Of a stretch of 64,000 nt of DNA, positions 9,753 to 19,244 are shown piece by piece. The translations under genes were made by a program, and so were the position numbers. The notes below the pieces were generated by a model. The model ran no database searches. It was not told where the DNA came from and saw only the letters and a list, made by a program, of their open reading frames with translations. Source of the stretch: an uncultured Bacteroidales bacterium (GTDB lineage: Bacteria; Bacteroidota; Bacteroidia; Bacteroidales; SZUA-534); assembly GCA_902790595.1 (NCBI GenBank), contig CADASL010000002.1, forward strand, positions 137,384 through 201,383, given 5' to 3'. Numbering within the stretch: position 1 is the stretch's first letter; each line of letters starts with the position of its first letter.

Positions 9753-10463
9753 TTAATGTTTTTGTCCTTTTTGTCCGTAGTAAGCGTTTGGTCCGTGCTT
9801 GCGAGAATAATGCTTCTCGATAAGCAACGGATTCATTGTTGTGTTCGGATTCACCGAGAACGCCACAAACGCCATTTTAGCGCATTGTTCCATTACTTTG
9901 GCGTTGTAGACGGCGTTGTCGGGCGAAGTGCCCCACGAGAACGGACCGTGGTTCTTGACCAGAACGCCAGGCGTGTGGTCGGGGTTTATCTTTCTGATAT
10001 TCAAGAACTCGTCAACAATCACATTGCCTGTTTCCAACTCATACTGACCTTCAACTTCGGCCCTTGTCATATCGCGGGTGCAGGGAATATCCTTGTAGAA
10101 ATAGTCGGCGTGAGTGGTGCCGATATTTGGAATGTCACGGCCTGCCTGCGCAAACGCTGTAGCATAGGTTGAGTGAGTGTGCACAACACCCTTGATGTTC
10201 GGAAAAGCCTTGTATAGAGCCAGATGCGTTGGGGTGTCGCTCGACGGATTCAAGTCGCCTTCGACAACCTTGCCGCTCTGCAAATCGACAACCACCATAT
10301 CCGAAGCCTTCATTTCGTCGTACGACACGCCCGAAGGTTTGATGACAACCAACCCTTTTTCACGGTCGATGCCCGAGACATTGCCCCAGGTGAAAATTAC
10401 AAGTCCCTGTTTAACAAGGTCGAGATTGGCCCGAAAAACTTTTTCTTTTAATTCTTCTAACAT
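9753..10463 (-). CDS. araD: L-ribulose-5-phosphate 4-epimerase
   Basis: 236 aa class II aldolase/adducin fold. It carries [15 protein letters not shown] and a C-terminal [10 protein letters not shown] typical of AraD. Confidence 0.9.
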   Translation of the reverse strand: MLEELKEKVFRANLDLVKQGLVIFTWGNVSGIDREKGLVVIKPSGVSYDEMKASDMVVVDLQSGKVVEGDLNPSSDTPTHLALYKAFPNIKGVVHTHSTYATAFAQAGRDIPNIGTTHADYFYKDIPCTRDMTRAEVEGQYELETGNVIVDEFLNIRKINPDHTPGVLVKNHGPFSWGTSPDNAVYNAKVMEQCAKMAFVAFSVNPNTTMNPLLIEKHYSRKHGPNAYYGQKGQKH

Positions 10464-10475
10464 AACTTGCTATTT

Positions 10476-10520
10476 TAAAAAACTGCTGTTCCCGATAGTT
10501 CAACAATCGAAAACAGCAGT
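10476..10520 (-). terminator. Intra-cluster hairpin plus T-run between the symporter and araD
   Basis: On the minus strand, a 9-bp stem ACTGCTGTT..AACAGCAGT is followed by TTTTTT. The T-run ends about 13 nt before the araD ATG. Confidence 0.5.
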
Positions 10521-10549
10521 CAACATTATTCAACAATTTGCAAAGTGTT

Positions 10550-12508
10550 TTACCACAATGCAATGTAGAGAACAGCCAGAATTGCTATCACTGCCAAAGC
10601 ACCAATGTTGAACACTTTGTCGGTGTGGAACAGTTCAAGGTCTGTACCAACAGCCTTGTGGTCCTGAACAGAGTCGTTGGCGTTCGAACGCAGATAGAAG
10701 CCCAGAGTGAGCAACATTGCAGCAAGGAAGAAGATTGCTTCGAAGCCGTAAATCTGCAGGAATTCGATTTTAGCAATCAACTGTACAATGCCGAGTATCA
10801 GGCAGATAGCGCCAACACCGAGCAGAATGTTCGACCAGGTGCGCTGCATTTCGACAGTCTGACCGTCCATTTCGGCAGCGGCAACTTCGTTCTTCTTGTT
10901 GCAGAAAATCGAAATTCCGATGAACAGAACAACCAGAACCATAAACACATAGCCCATACGAAGCAGGAACGGCGTTTCAGGCATAATGAACTTGAACAGG
11001 ATGCTGAAGAAGAACGTGCCGATGGCTGCCACAACAGCGGCAGGACCCGACGAACGTTTCCACAGCAGGCCAAGTCCGAAGATTACAACCACGCCAGGAT
11101 AAACGAATCCAGAGTATTCCTGAATGATTTGGAACGCTTGGTCGGCACCGCCCATAATCGGGTAAACAGCCACCAAAGCCAGCAGCAGAGCCACAATTGA
11201 AGTGATACGGCCAACGCTGACGAGTTTGCGTTCCGACGCTTCCTTGTTGATGAACTTCTTGTAAACGTCCATTGTGAAGATGGTCGATGTTGAGTTGAAC
11301 ATTGAAGCCAGCGATGAAATGACGGCGGCGGTCAATGCGGCAAACGACAGACCTTTCACAACCACAGGCGTGAAGTTGCGGATAAGGAACGGATAAGCGT
11401 CGTCAGAGCGCTCGATGGTTCCGTGCAAATCAATTGAGCCGCTCAACAAGTCAGGATGCTGCCAGATAAGGAATGCGCAAACACCAGGAATGCAGACGAT
11501 GAACGGAATCAAAATCTTCAGGAAAGCGGCGAACAGAAGGCCTTTCTTTGCTTCGTCGAGACTCTTTGCGGCCAGACCTTTCTGAATGATGTATTGGTTG
11601 AAGCCCCAGTAGCCGATGTTAGTCAGCCAGAGCGCGCCAATAATCAGAGCCAGACCAGGCAGTGTGAAGTACGGGTCGTCGGTGATGTTCGGATAAAGTC
11701 CGCTGTTGCGGTCAACCACAAGGTTGAAGTGCTTGTCGCCTTCGATGGTTCCAAGTTTGTCCATAACTGCGCCAAGAGCCGAAACTGCGCCGTCGGCACC
11801 CAGAAGCGGTGCAATGAAATCGAGTGTGAAGTAAGCCGTGATAAGGCCGCCACCAACCAGGAAGGTAACCTGCATAACGTCGGTCCAGGCAACTGACGCC
11901 AGACCGCCGTAGATTGAGTAAGCACCTGCTATCAAGTAGAGAATCAAGATGATACCCACCAGTGTCATATCCATTCCGAACATTCCGATGATTGTCGGCA
12001 GACCGAGAATCTGTTTGATAGCCAAAGCGCCAAGCCAAGCCACCGATGTCAGGTTGATGAACACATAAAGGAACAGCCAGAACGACGAGAACGCCAGACC
12101 AACACCCCAGTTGTAGCGGTCGCTCAAGAACTGCGGGATGGTGAAGATGTTCTTGCGAATCATCACAGGCAGAAGGAATTTAGCCACAACAAGCAGAGTT
12201 GCGGCGGCCATCAGTTCGTAAGCCGCAATGGCGATGCCCGATGCGTAAGCCGAGCCCGACATTCCGATGAACTGTTCAGCCGAGATGTTGGCTGCAATCA
12301 GCGAAGCACCTACTGCCCACCAAGTCAATGAGTTACCTGCAAGGAAGTAGTCCTTTGAGTTTTCGGCGCCGTTGGCACCTTTCTTTTTGGCCATCCATTT
12401 CGGGATGAACACGCCGCAGCCCACAAGAATCAAAATGTAGACGATGAACACAGCGTAGTCGGCAACCGCGAAACCGTTGTTAGCCAAACTGTCTAAAATT
12501 TGTCTCAT
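10550..12508 (-). CDS. Sodium:solute symporter (SSS/SGLT family), probable pentose transporter
   Basis: 652 aa and polytopic, with SSS family signatures (WWAVGASLIAANISAEQFIGMSG). Located in the arabinose cluster. Confidence 0.85.
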   Translation of the reverse strand: MRQILDSLANNGFAVADYAVFIVYILILVGCGVFIPKWMAKKKGANGAENSKDYFLAGNSLTWWAVGASLIAANISAEQFIGMSGSAYASGIAIAAYELMAAATLLVVAKFLLPVMIRKNIFTIPQFLSDRYNWGVGLAFSSFWLFLYVFINLTSVAWLGALAIKQILGLPTIIGMFGMDMTLVGIILILYLIAGAYSIYGGLASVAWTDVMQVTFLVGGGLITAYFTLDFIAPLLGADGAVSALGAVMDKLGTIEGDKHFNLVVDRNSGLYPNITDDPYFTLPGLALIIGALWLTNIGYWGFNQYIIQKGLAAKSLDEAKKGLLFAAFLKILIPFIVCIPGVCAFLIWQHPDLLSGSIDLHGTIERSDDAYPFLIRNFTPVVVKGLSFAALTAAVISSLASMFNSTSTIFTMDVYKKFINKEASERKLVSVGRITSIVALLLALVAVYPIMGGADQAFQIIQEYSGFVYPGVVVIFGLGLLWKRSSGPAAVVAAIGTFFFSILFKFIMPETPFLLRMGYVFMVLVVLFIGISIFCNKKNEVAAAEMDGQTVEMQRTWSNILLGVGAICLILGIVQLIAKIEFLQIYGFEAIFFLAAMLLTLGFYLRSNANDSVQDHKAVGTDLELFHTDKVFNIGALAVIAILAVLYIALW

Positions 12509-12548
12509 AAAAAATTGTTTTGATTATTACGTATTGTAAATTGTTGAT

Positions 12549-13727
12549 TTACTTATTCTCGCAATTTTCTTTCTCGCAGCATTCTTTGTTGCCGTCTTTC
12601 TCGCAGCACTCTTTGTTGCAGAAGGCGTAAACGCAGACGCTGTAGTATTTCTCACCAGGATTCAGCACAACCGACGGGAAGTTCTCTTTGTTCGGGCTGT
12701 CGGGGAAGTGTTGTGTCTCAAGGCAGAGAGCGCCGCGGCGCGGATAGAGTTTGCCGTATTTGCCAGTCTCTTTGCCAGAGATGAAGTTGCCTGAATAGAA
12801 TTGCAGACCAGGCTCGTTGGTAAGCACCTTCATTGTGATGCCCGAAACAGGGCTTGTAACTGTGGCGGCAAGTGTCAGACCGCTCTTGCAGCATTTTACA
12901 GAGTCGTTAAGAACGTAGTTGTGGTCGTAGCCGTGAGCCTTGTCGATGCGCTCGCCGATTGCTGTCGGTGTGCGGAAGTCGAGCGGGGTGTTGTCGAGCG
13001 AAGCAATTTCGCCAGTCGGAATCAGCGACCAGTCAACAGGGGTGTAACTGTCGGCGTTAATCATCAACACGTGGTCGTTGATGGTTGTCGAAGCGTCGCC
13101 CGAAAGGTTGAAGAACGAGTGGTTTGTAAGGTTGCAAACAGTCGGTTTGTCAGTCTCGGCAAAGTACTCAATCTTGATGGCGTTGCATTTGGTGATGGTG
13201 TAAACAACCTTCACGTTCAGGTTGCCAGGGAAACCTGCTTCGCCGTCAGCCGACAGGTAAGACAGTTCCAAAGTGCTGTCGTTGAGTTGTTTGCCGTCCC
13301 AAACCACTGCAAAATAACCTTTCTTGCCACCGTGCAGTGAGTTGCGGCGTTCGTTGGCGTCAACATTGAAAGTCTCTTCGCCAATCTTGAACGATGCGCC
13401 ACCGATGCGGTTGCCGTAGCGGCCGATGAGCGCGCCAAAGTAAAGGCCGTCATTCGACGACTGATATTGGTCAAGGTTGTCAAAACCCATCACAACATCC
13501 TGAAAAGCACCGTTTTTGTCGGGAACGAAAAGATTGACAATACGTCCGCCGTAGTTGGTGATTTGTGCTGTCACGCCAGCATCGTTCTTAATGGTGAACA
13601 AACTAACTTGTTTTCCGTCAACTTCTTTCGCAAAATTTGCCTTGTCGGCAAGCGGAAGTTGGCATTGCTGTTTCGAAGTGCAGGCAACCATAGCCAAGGC
13701 ACTCAATGCAAATAAAACCTTTTTCAT
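12549..13727 (-). CDS. galM: Aldose 1-epimerase (mutarotase) lipoprotein with a Cys-rich C-terminal tail
   Basis: Mutarotase motifs are present (GNRIGGASF, LHGG, CLETQHFPDSPN). The likely start is the ATG at 13727 (MKKVLFALSALAMVAC lipobox) rather than the track start at 13766. The tail is CNKECCEKDGNKECCEKENCENK. Confidence 0.85.
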   Translation of the reverse strand: MKKVLFALSALAMVACTSKQQCQLPLADKANFAKEVDGKQVSLFTIKNDAGVTAQITNYGGRIVNLFVPDKNGAFQDVVMGFDNLDQYQSSNDGLYFGALIGRYGNRIGGASFKIGEETFNVDANERRNSLHGGKKGYFAVVWDGKQLNDSTLELSYLSADGEAGFPGNLNVKVVYTITKCNAIKIEYFAETDKPTVCNLTNHSFFNLSGDASTTINDHVLMINADSYTPVDWSLIPTGEIASLDNTPLDFRTPTAIGERIDKAHGYDHNYVLNDSVKCCKSGLTLAATVTSPVSGITMKVLTNEPGLQFYSGNFISGKETGKYGKLYPRRGALCLETQHFPDSPNKENFPSVVLNPGEKYYSVCVYAFCNKECCEKDGNKECCEKENCENK

Positions 13728-13819
13728 TTTAAAAGTATTTAGTTTAGTAGTAATTGTGTCTGCCAAAGCAAACGTTTGTTTTTTTTAAATCCGACTCTCG
13801 TAACCGAAAATCAGCCACT

Positions 13820-13827
13820 CAAATATA
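13820..13827 (-). promoter_or_regulatory. Candidate -7 promoter box (TATATTTG) for the arabinose cluster
   Basis: Minus-strand TATATTTG lies about 93 nt upstream of the mutarotase ATG at 13727. Confidence 0.4.
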
Positions 13828-13983
13828 AATTGTATTTTTTACTATTTATCAATAAGCGCTGTTTTTTCGATTAGAAAATCGATTGGCGATATTAGTCAAA
13901 AAATCAATCGTTTATAGCGTGTAGCGATGATTTTTTTCGATGATTTGGGGCATTGTTCGGCGGTGGCGGGCGTCAAATCGGGG

Positions 13984-14940
13984 CTAATTCAGTTCAATGT
14001 CTTGCGGCAAGACGAACAGCGACGTGTCAGTTTCAACAATCCGATACTTCGGGTCGATGATTTTTATCGAATACGTTTTGCGCATCGGATTGGTGAGTTT
14101 TGTGCTGCGAAGCCAGGGGTTCATCAGTTTGAGCATCTTGTAGTTAGTGCCGTGCTCAAAGGCAAAGTCGGCCATATCGGCAATGGTGCTGTCAACTTCC
14201 ACAACCGAGTAGGGAATCGGCTGATAGAGTTCGTCTTTTGGCATTGCAAATCCGTATGTTTCAGGATTTTCCATTATCTGTTTGATGGCGATGGCGCGGA
14301 AAACGTATCGTCCCGCTTCTTCGCCAAGCACAAGGTCGTAGTAGTTGTTGCTCTTTTGCTGCCCCGCGAATTTGGCCAGACCGTTGCCACCGATGTTGTA
14401 CGACGCCGCAGCCATTGTCCACGAGCCGAACTTGTCCTTCATCCGCTTGAAGTACGCGATTGCGGCGATGGTCGATTTTTCAAGGTTGTAGCGCTCGTCC
14501 ACTTCATCGTTCACTTCAAGGCCGAAGTCTTTTGCCGTGCCGCCCAGAAACTGCCAGAATCCTTTGGCGCCCGACGGCGACACCACGTTCATCAGCGAAC
14601 TCTCAATAACGGCAATGTACTTCAAGTCGTCGGGCACGTCATTTTCTTTCAGAATTGGCTCAATGACAGGAAAATAGCGATGAGCGCGCTTGAGCATCAG
14701 AATGGTTTGCGAGTGCCAAAGGCGGTTCACCTGCAACTCGCGGTCAAGGCTCTCGCGGGTGTCGAAGTTGTGGATTGGCACCGTCTCACCCATAAAAGTC
14801 AGATTGTCGGGCATTGGCACCGCATCGGTAACCTGACTGACGGTGAACTCGTTGGGCGTATTGAAAAACCGCACCACGGCAAACGCCACGGCGGCCGAGA
14901 CCAACGCTGAAACTATAATCGTAATTATCTGATTTTTCAT
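13984..14940 (-). CDS. Lytic transglycosylase (SLT domain) protein
   Basis: 318 aa with an N-terminal TM anchor and the SLT catalytic region YIAVIESSLMNVVSPSGAKGFWQF. Confidence 0.8.
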   Translation of the reverse strand: MKNQIITIIVSALVSAAVAFAVVRFFNTPNEFTVSQVTDAVPMPDNLTFMGETVPIHNFDTRESLDRELQVNRLWHSQTILMLKRAHRYFPVIEPILKENDVPDDLKYIAVIESSLMNVVSPSGAKGFWQFLGGTAKDFGLEVNDEVDERYNLEKSTIAAIAYFKRMKDKFGSWTMAAASYNIGGNGLAKFAGQQKSNNYYDLVLGEEAGRYVFRAIAIKQIMENPETYGFAMPKDELYQPIPYSVVEVDSTIADMADFAFEHGTNYKMLKLMNPWLRSTKLTNPMRKTYSIKIIDPKYRIVETDTSLFVLPQDIELN

Positions 14941-14960
14941 AATTTGCGAATTGCACGAAC

Positions 14961-14984
14961 GGACGCGACGAATCGCGTCCCTAC
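14961..14984 (-). repeat. GTAG-type palindromic hairpin (REP-like)
   Basis: The minus strand reads GTAGGGACGCGAttcgTCGCGTCC (8-bp GC-rich stem). It sits between the transferase stop and the SLT start. Confidence 0.55.
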
Positions 14985-14985
14985 A

Positions 14986-16044
14986 TTATTTTTTCTGTTT
15001 GGGTTTGGTAACCTTTGTGTTGGCATAAAGCAACCCCGACACCACAACTGCGGCGCAACCTGCCACCCACAGTGGCCACGCTTGTTTTGGCGGCATCAGC
15101 AAGAACCACACTGCCACCGACGCCGAAACAATGTTGATGGCGCCCAGCAGGCAAACCACCTGACGGTCGCTCAAGCCGCGGTACGAAAGGTGATGCGTGG
15201 TGTGGTCGGTGCCACCGACAAACGGCGACTGACCGCGCATCAGGCGGTTGATGGTGACGGTGGCGGTATCGGTGATGGGCACCAGAAATGCCAGATAGAC
15301 AATCAGAAACGGATAAACGGGGTTCGACAGTTCGGCCGCCGCAGGATTCCACAGGTAGCGGATGCTCATTATGGCCATAAACGCGCCCAAAAACTGCGAG
15401 CCGTTGTCGCCCATATACATTTTCGACGGATGCCAGTTGAACTTGTAAAAGGCTATCATTGAAGCAAGTGTGGACAAAATCAGCAGGACAAAAAACATAT
15501 CGCGCACAGGCGATAGCAGCATCACCAGAATGCCCGCAAGCACAATCACGCACATTGTGTTGGTGACGGAATCCATATTGTCGAGCATATTGAGCGAGTT
15601 CATTATGCCGACAACCCAAAACAGCGTCAACGCATAATTAAGCCACTGATTATCAAATATCTGAATATAGATTCCGCACACAATCAGAATCGCGCCCACG
15701 GCAAACTGCATTGCAAACTTGAACATTGGCGAAGTGTTGAAAACATCGTCAATCAGCCCCATCACAAACGCCAGGCTGACAGCCGCCAAAATGCCAGCAA
15801 CCAGTTGTCCGTCAACCGTTTGCACCGAACGGGAACCAAAGATAATCCATCCCAAAACACCTATCGCAAAGCCCGCAAAAAAACCGACGCCGCCAAGCAT
15901 CGGTTTGCGCTGCGACGCCCATCGCTCGCCCGTAATGTTGTGTTTCTTAATGTTTTGACGTTGCGAACGCGACAAGAAAAAAGCGTGCACGCCCATTGTC
16001 AAACAAAAAACCGACAGAAAAAATATGATAAAATATAAAGTCAT
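14986..16044 (-). CDS. MraY/WecA-family (GT4) undecaprenyl-phosphate sugar-phosphate transferase
   Basis: 352 aa and polytopic, with motifs NSLNMLDNMDS and MGDNGSQFLG typical of polyprenyl-phosphate N-acetylhexosamine-1-P transferases. Confidence 0.8.
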   Translation of the reverse strand: MTLYFIIFFLSVFCLTMGVHAFFLSRSQRQNIKKHNITGERWASQRKPMLGGVGFFAGFAIGVLGWIIFGSRSVQTVDGQLVAGILAAVSLAFVMGLIDDVFNTSPMFKFAMQFAVGAILIVCGIYIQIFDNQWLNYALTLFWVVGIMNSLNMLDNMDSVTNTMCVIVLAGILVMLLSPVRDMFFVLLILSTLASMIAFYKFNWHPSKMYMGDNGSQFLGAFMAIMSIRYLWNPAAAELSNPVYPFLIVYLAFLVPITDTATVTINRLMRGQSPFVGGTDHTTHHLSYRGLSDRQVVCLLGAINIVSASVAVWFLLMPPKQAWPLWVAGCAAVVVSGLLYANTKVTKPKQKK

Positions 16045-16056
16045 CGTAGTAGTGAA

Positions 16057-18456
16057 TTATTCTGTTTTTTTCGTCCCGTGCCGATGTCCGTGTCCGTGAT
16101 GGCCATCCTTCTGCTCGCCGTAGCCATAGCCGTAACCATAACCGTAGCCATAGCCGTAACCATAGCCATAGTGCGAGTGCGACTTCAGACTTGCGCCGTT
16201 CAGAATTATTGAAAGGTGTTCCATATTTTTATCGGAGCGGAGCATATTCACGTTCTCAATATATTGCCGTTTCGACACGCCCATCTTCATTACATAAATC
16301 GGATAATTTGCTCTGTGCAAACTAATTACTGCATCCGACACAATTCCAACAGGCGGTGTGTCGATGATGATAACATCGTACATCTTCTGCAACCGGTCAA
16401 TCACATCGTCCATCTCCTTGCTGCCCGCCAGCTCCGACGGATTGGGCGGCAGCGGACCGGCCGTGATAAAGTCAAAGTTCTCAATTTCAGTGTGATGAAC
16501 GCACTCCTCAATCTGGTTGCGGCCAATCAGAATGGTGCTCATTCCCTTGCTGTTATCAACCTTAAATCCTTGATGGATACGAGGTTTGCGCAAATCGAGG
16601 TCGAGCAGGATAACACGTTTGCCCGATGTTGCGATAATGCCGCCCAGGTTGATTGACACAAATGTCTTGCCTTCGCCCGAAACTGTCGATGATACTGTAA
16701 CTATATGGGTGTCGGCGCCGTGCGAGATGAACTGCAGGTTCGACCGTATCGACCTAAACGCCTCTGAGAAAGGCGAGTGCGGGTCTTTCATCACAAGCAG
16801 TTGCGACACGTCAACAACCTCGTCATACTGCGGAATCACGCCAAGAATTGGTGCCTGCGTGTAGTTCTGCACCATACTAACCGACGTTATCTCACTATAA
16901 ATCAAATATCTTACGGTCAAATACACAAAACCGAACAACAGCCCGAGAGCCACAAAAACAAAATAGATGCTGCCCGCTTTGGGCGACACAGGCGCGTCGG
17001 GCGTCGAGGCCGACTCAAGAATGGTGTTGCGCGAAATGTAGCCAGCCTGCGAAATCAGATACTCTGCCTTCTTGTCAATCAGCTGGTTATAGTAAGTCTG
17101 GTTCACTTCGTACATTCGCTGCAAGCGCGCGTATTCAAGCTCATCGTAGTTCTTCTCGTTGAACAGCCACTTCTCGATTTCCGAAATCTGCGCCTTGTAT
17201 TCGGCCTTCTGCTCACGCATCCGCGCCAGCGTGGTGTTCACAAAATCGATGGTCAGCTCAATCTGGTTTTCGAGCCGGTTCTCAACCTGTTTCACCTTTA
17301 TATTATCGATTGTCAGGCTGTTAAGCAGCTGCTGACGTTCGTCGATGATTCGCTGCAAGTTGGACAAAATGTTGCTCATCAGCTGCGCTGCCTTGGTCCC
17401 GGCCAGAACGGCCTGCATCTCGTAGGTGTTGATGTCGCCGCCCGCCTCCAACCTGGCTTTGATTTGCTCGATGGCGAGCATTTCATAGTCGAGCTCAGTT
17501 ACTTTTTCCTCCAGATTCTCAGCCTTTTGCGCTGATGCGTTCACCGCAGGCTCGCTTTGCGTTTTTATGTTGTTCTTCTTCTTGAACGTCTGAATCTGTT
17601 TCTCGGTCTCGTCGAGGCTGTTGTAAATCGACTTCAGCTGGTCGTCGATGAACGACAGAATGTTGGCCGCACTCTCGCGCTTGTTCCGGACATCGTATTT
17701 CAGATACTCCTCAGCAATGGTGTTCACTATGTGCCACGTTTTGTTGGCGTTATGGCCGGTGTAGGTTATCTTGATGGTCTGCGCGGCCGAGTTTAGCAGC
17801 GAGATGTCGAGATTGCGGCTGTGCTCGTTGATGATGTTGCGCGGGTCGTTGATGATGACGAAATAGCGTTCGCCCAAACGTGTGGCGTGCGCCGCAATTT
17901 CCCTTGGCCGGCTCACCGAACATTTAAGAATGGTGTTGCCCACCTGTTCCCACTCATCGAGTTTAATCAATTGTCCATCAGAGTTTTTAGCACCTTTAAA
18001 AGTAATCTTCGCAGTCAGCGAGTCAGTAAAATCGATATAGAACGGGCGGTTGTAAAGGTCGCCGTTGTGCGAGCCCAGCTCAATGCTGAAGGGCGCCTCG
18101 GGATACATCTCAAACGACATAAATGTACCCTCGTTGAAATAGGATATTTCGAGCGGCAACTCGCTGAGCGCCTTCTTCAGAAACTCCTTCGAGCGCATCA
18201 GTTCGAGCACCTTCGAGAGGTCGGTACGGTTGTACTGGCTCGAGAAGTTGAGCATATTGGCGCTGCGGTCTTCCTCGTTGATTTGAATCACGCACGACGA
18301 CTCGTAAAGCGGCTTTGTGTAACGCAGATAGATGAATGCCAACGAAACCGACATTGCCAGCAGCATAACGCACACCCACCAGCCCTTACGAAGAATCTGC
18401 GCTAAAATCGACAAGTCCAGTTTGTCATTAATCAATGGAATGTGCGTCTGTTTCAT
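16057..18456 (-). CDS. Polysaccharide co-polymerase / BY tyrosine autokinase (Wzc-like)
   Basis: 799 aa with an N-terminal Wzz-like domain and coiled coil. The C-terminal P-loop kinase has SSTVSGEGKTFVS and ILLDLDLRKP. It ends in a Tyr-rich tail. Confidence 0.85.
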   Translation of the reverse strand: MKQTHIPLINDKLDLSILAQILRKGWWVCVMLLAMSVSLAFIYLRYTKPLYESSCVIQINEEDRSANMLNFSSQYNRTDLSKVLELMRSKEFLKKALSELPLEISYFNEGTFMSFEMYPEAPFSIELGSHNGDLYNRPFYIDFTDSLTAKITFKGAKNSDGQLIKLDEWEQVGNTILKCSVSRPREIAAHATRLGERYFVIINDPRNIINEHSRNLDISLLNSAAQTIKITYTGHNANKTWHIVNTIAEEYLKYDVRNKRESAANILSFIDDQLKSIYNSLDETEKQIQTFKKKNNIKTQSEPAVNASAQKAENLEEKVTELDYEMLAIEQIKARLEAGGDINTYEMQAVLAGTKAAQLMSNILSNLQRIIDERQQLLNSLTIDNIKVKQVENRLENQIELTIDFVNTTLARMREQKAEYKAQISEIEKWLFNEKNYDELEYARLQRMYEVNQTYYNQLIDKKAEYLISQAGYISRNTILESASTPDAPVSPKAGSIYFVFVALGLLFGFVYLTVRYLIYSEITSVSMVQNYTQAPILGVIPQYDEVVDVSQLLVMKDPHSPFSEAFRSIRSNLQFISHGADTHIVTVSSTVSGEGKTFVSINLGGIIATSGKRVILLDLDLRKPRIHQGFKVDNSKGMSTILIGRNQIEECVHHTEIENFDFITAGPLPPNPSELAGSKEMDDVIDRLQKMYDVIIIDTPPVGIVSDAVISLHRANYPIYVMKMGVSKRQYIENVNMLRSDKNMEHLSIILNGASLKSHSHYGYGYGYGYGYGYGYGYGEQKDGHHGHGHRHGTKKTE
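16117..16170 (-). repeat. (Tyr-Gly)x9 coding microsatellite in the kinase tail
   Basis: By my reading of the DNA there are nine consecutive TAY-GGY codon pairs. They are followed by the His-rich stretch DGHHGHGHRHG. Confidence 0.8.
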
Positions 18457-18457
18457 A

Positions 18458-19222
18458 TCAGAAATTCTGCGTCATCAAATATAGAAGCAATACGGTGTTC
18501 AATAGCGATACGTACGGCGTAATTTCAGTCAGAGTGCGCTGCACGTACTTCGGCCGGCGCTCAACGTAAATAATATCGTTCGATTGCAGCACGAGGTTCG
18601 ATTTTTTCACGTCCTCAACGCTCGATATGTTGTAAAGAAAGACTTTCGGATTACGCAAATCACCGCGCAAAACCTTGATACGGTAGGCTTTGCTCAAATC
18701 GTCGATGCCACCGGCCTGCGCCAGAGCCTCAATCAGCGTGAACTTCTCGTTGTTGATGGTCAGCACGCTTCCGCTACTGCTTCCCGACCTGAAAATTATC
18801 ACACGGCGGTTTGTAACATTCACTTTTACAAACGGTTCCTGATAATACTGCTTATACATTTCCTCGAGTAGCGACTCGGCGGCGGTAATGGTCAGTCCGG
18901 CCATTTTCACACGCCCGATGGTGGGCAGTTTAACGGTGCTGTCGCTCTCGACCTGATAGCCGAGCGAGCCTGCTGTGCTTTGGTTGACACCACCACCCTG
19001 CTCTGTATTAATGAGTTGTATGCCTTTATTGGTATAAACGCGCACATCGAGTTTATCGTAAAGATTGATAACATACTCGGGCTGATTCTCCTCAACATCG
19101 TCGAAATTGAAATCGGAGTCGGTTTTAAGCATCTGGCTGGGATACAAAACCTTACAGCTCTGCACCATAAAAATTGCAAAAACCGGCAGAAGAATTATCA
19201 ATATTGACTTTAAACGTTTCAT
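18458..19222 (-). CDS. Polysaccharide export outer-membrane protein (Wza family)
   Basis: 254 aa with a signal peptide/lipobox (VQSC) and Poly_export-like motifs. It is tightly coupled to the kinase gene, with a 1-nt gap. Confidence 0.8.
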   Translation of the reverse strand: MKRLKSILIILLPVFAIFMVQSCKVLYPSQMLKTDSDFNFDDVEENQPEYVINLYDKLDVRVYTNKGIQLINTEQGGGVNQSTAGSLGYQVESDSTVKLPTIGRVKMAGLTITAAESLLEEMYKQYYQEPFVKVNVTNRRVIIFRSGSSSGSVLTINNEKFTLIEALAQAGGIDDLSKAYRIKVLRGDLRNPKVFLYNISSVEDVKKSNLVLQSNDIIYVERRPKYVQRTLTEITPYVSLLNTVLLLYLMTQNF

Positions 19223-19244
19223 TCAGAGTGCAAAAGTATAAAAA

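Noticed and set aside
13767-13983. Short CGATTGATTTT / CAATCGATTTT-type repeats upstream of the arabinose cluster, considered as a regulator operator.
   Set aside because: I cannot recall the operator consensus of the Bacteroides arabinose regulator with confidence. No regulator gene is in the window, and the repeats are short and AT-rich. The evidence is insufficient to call.
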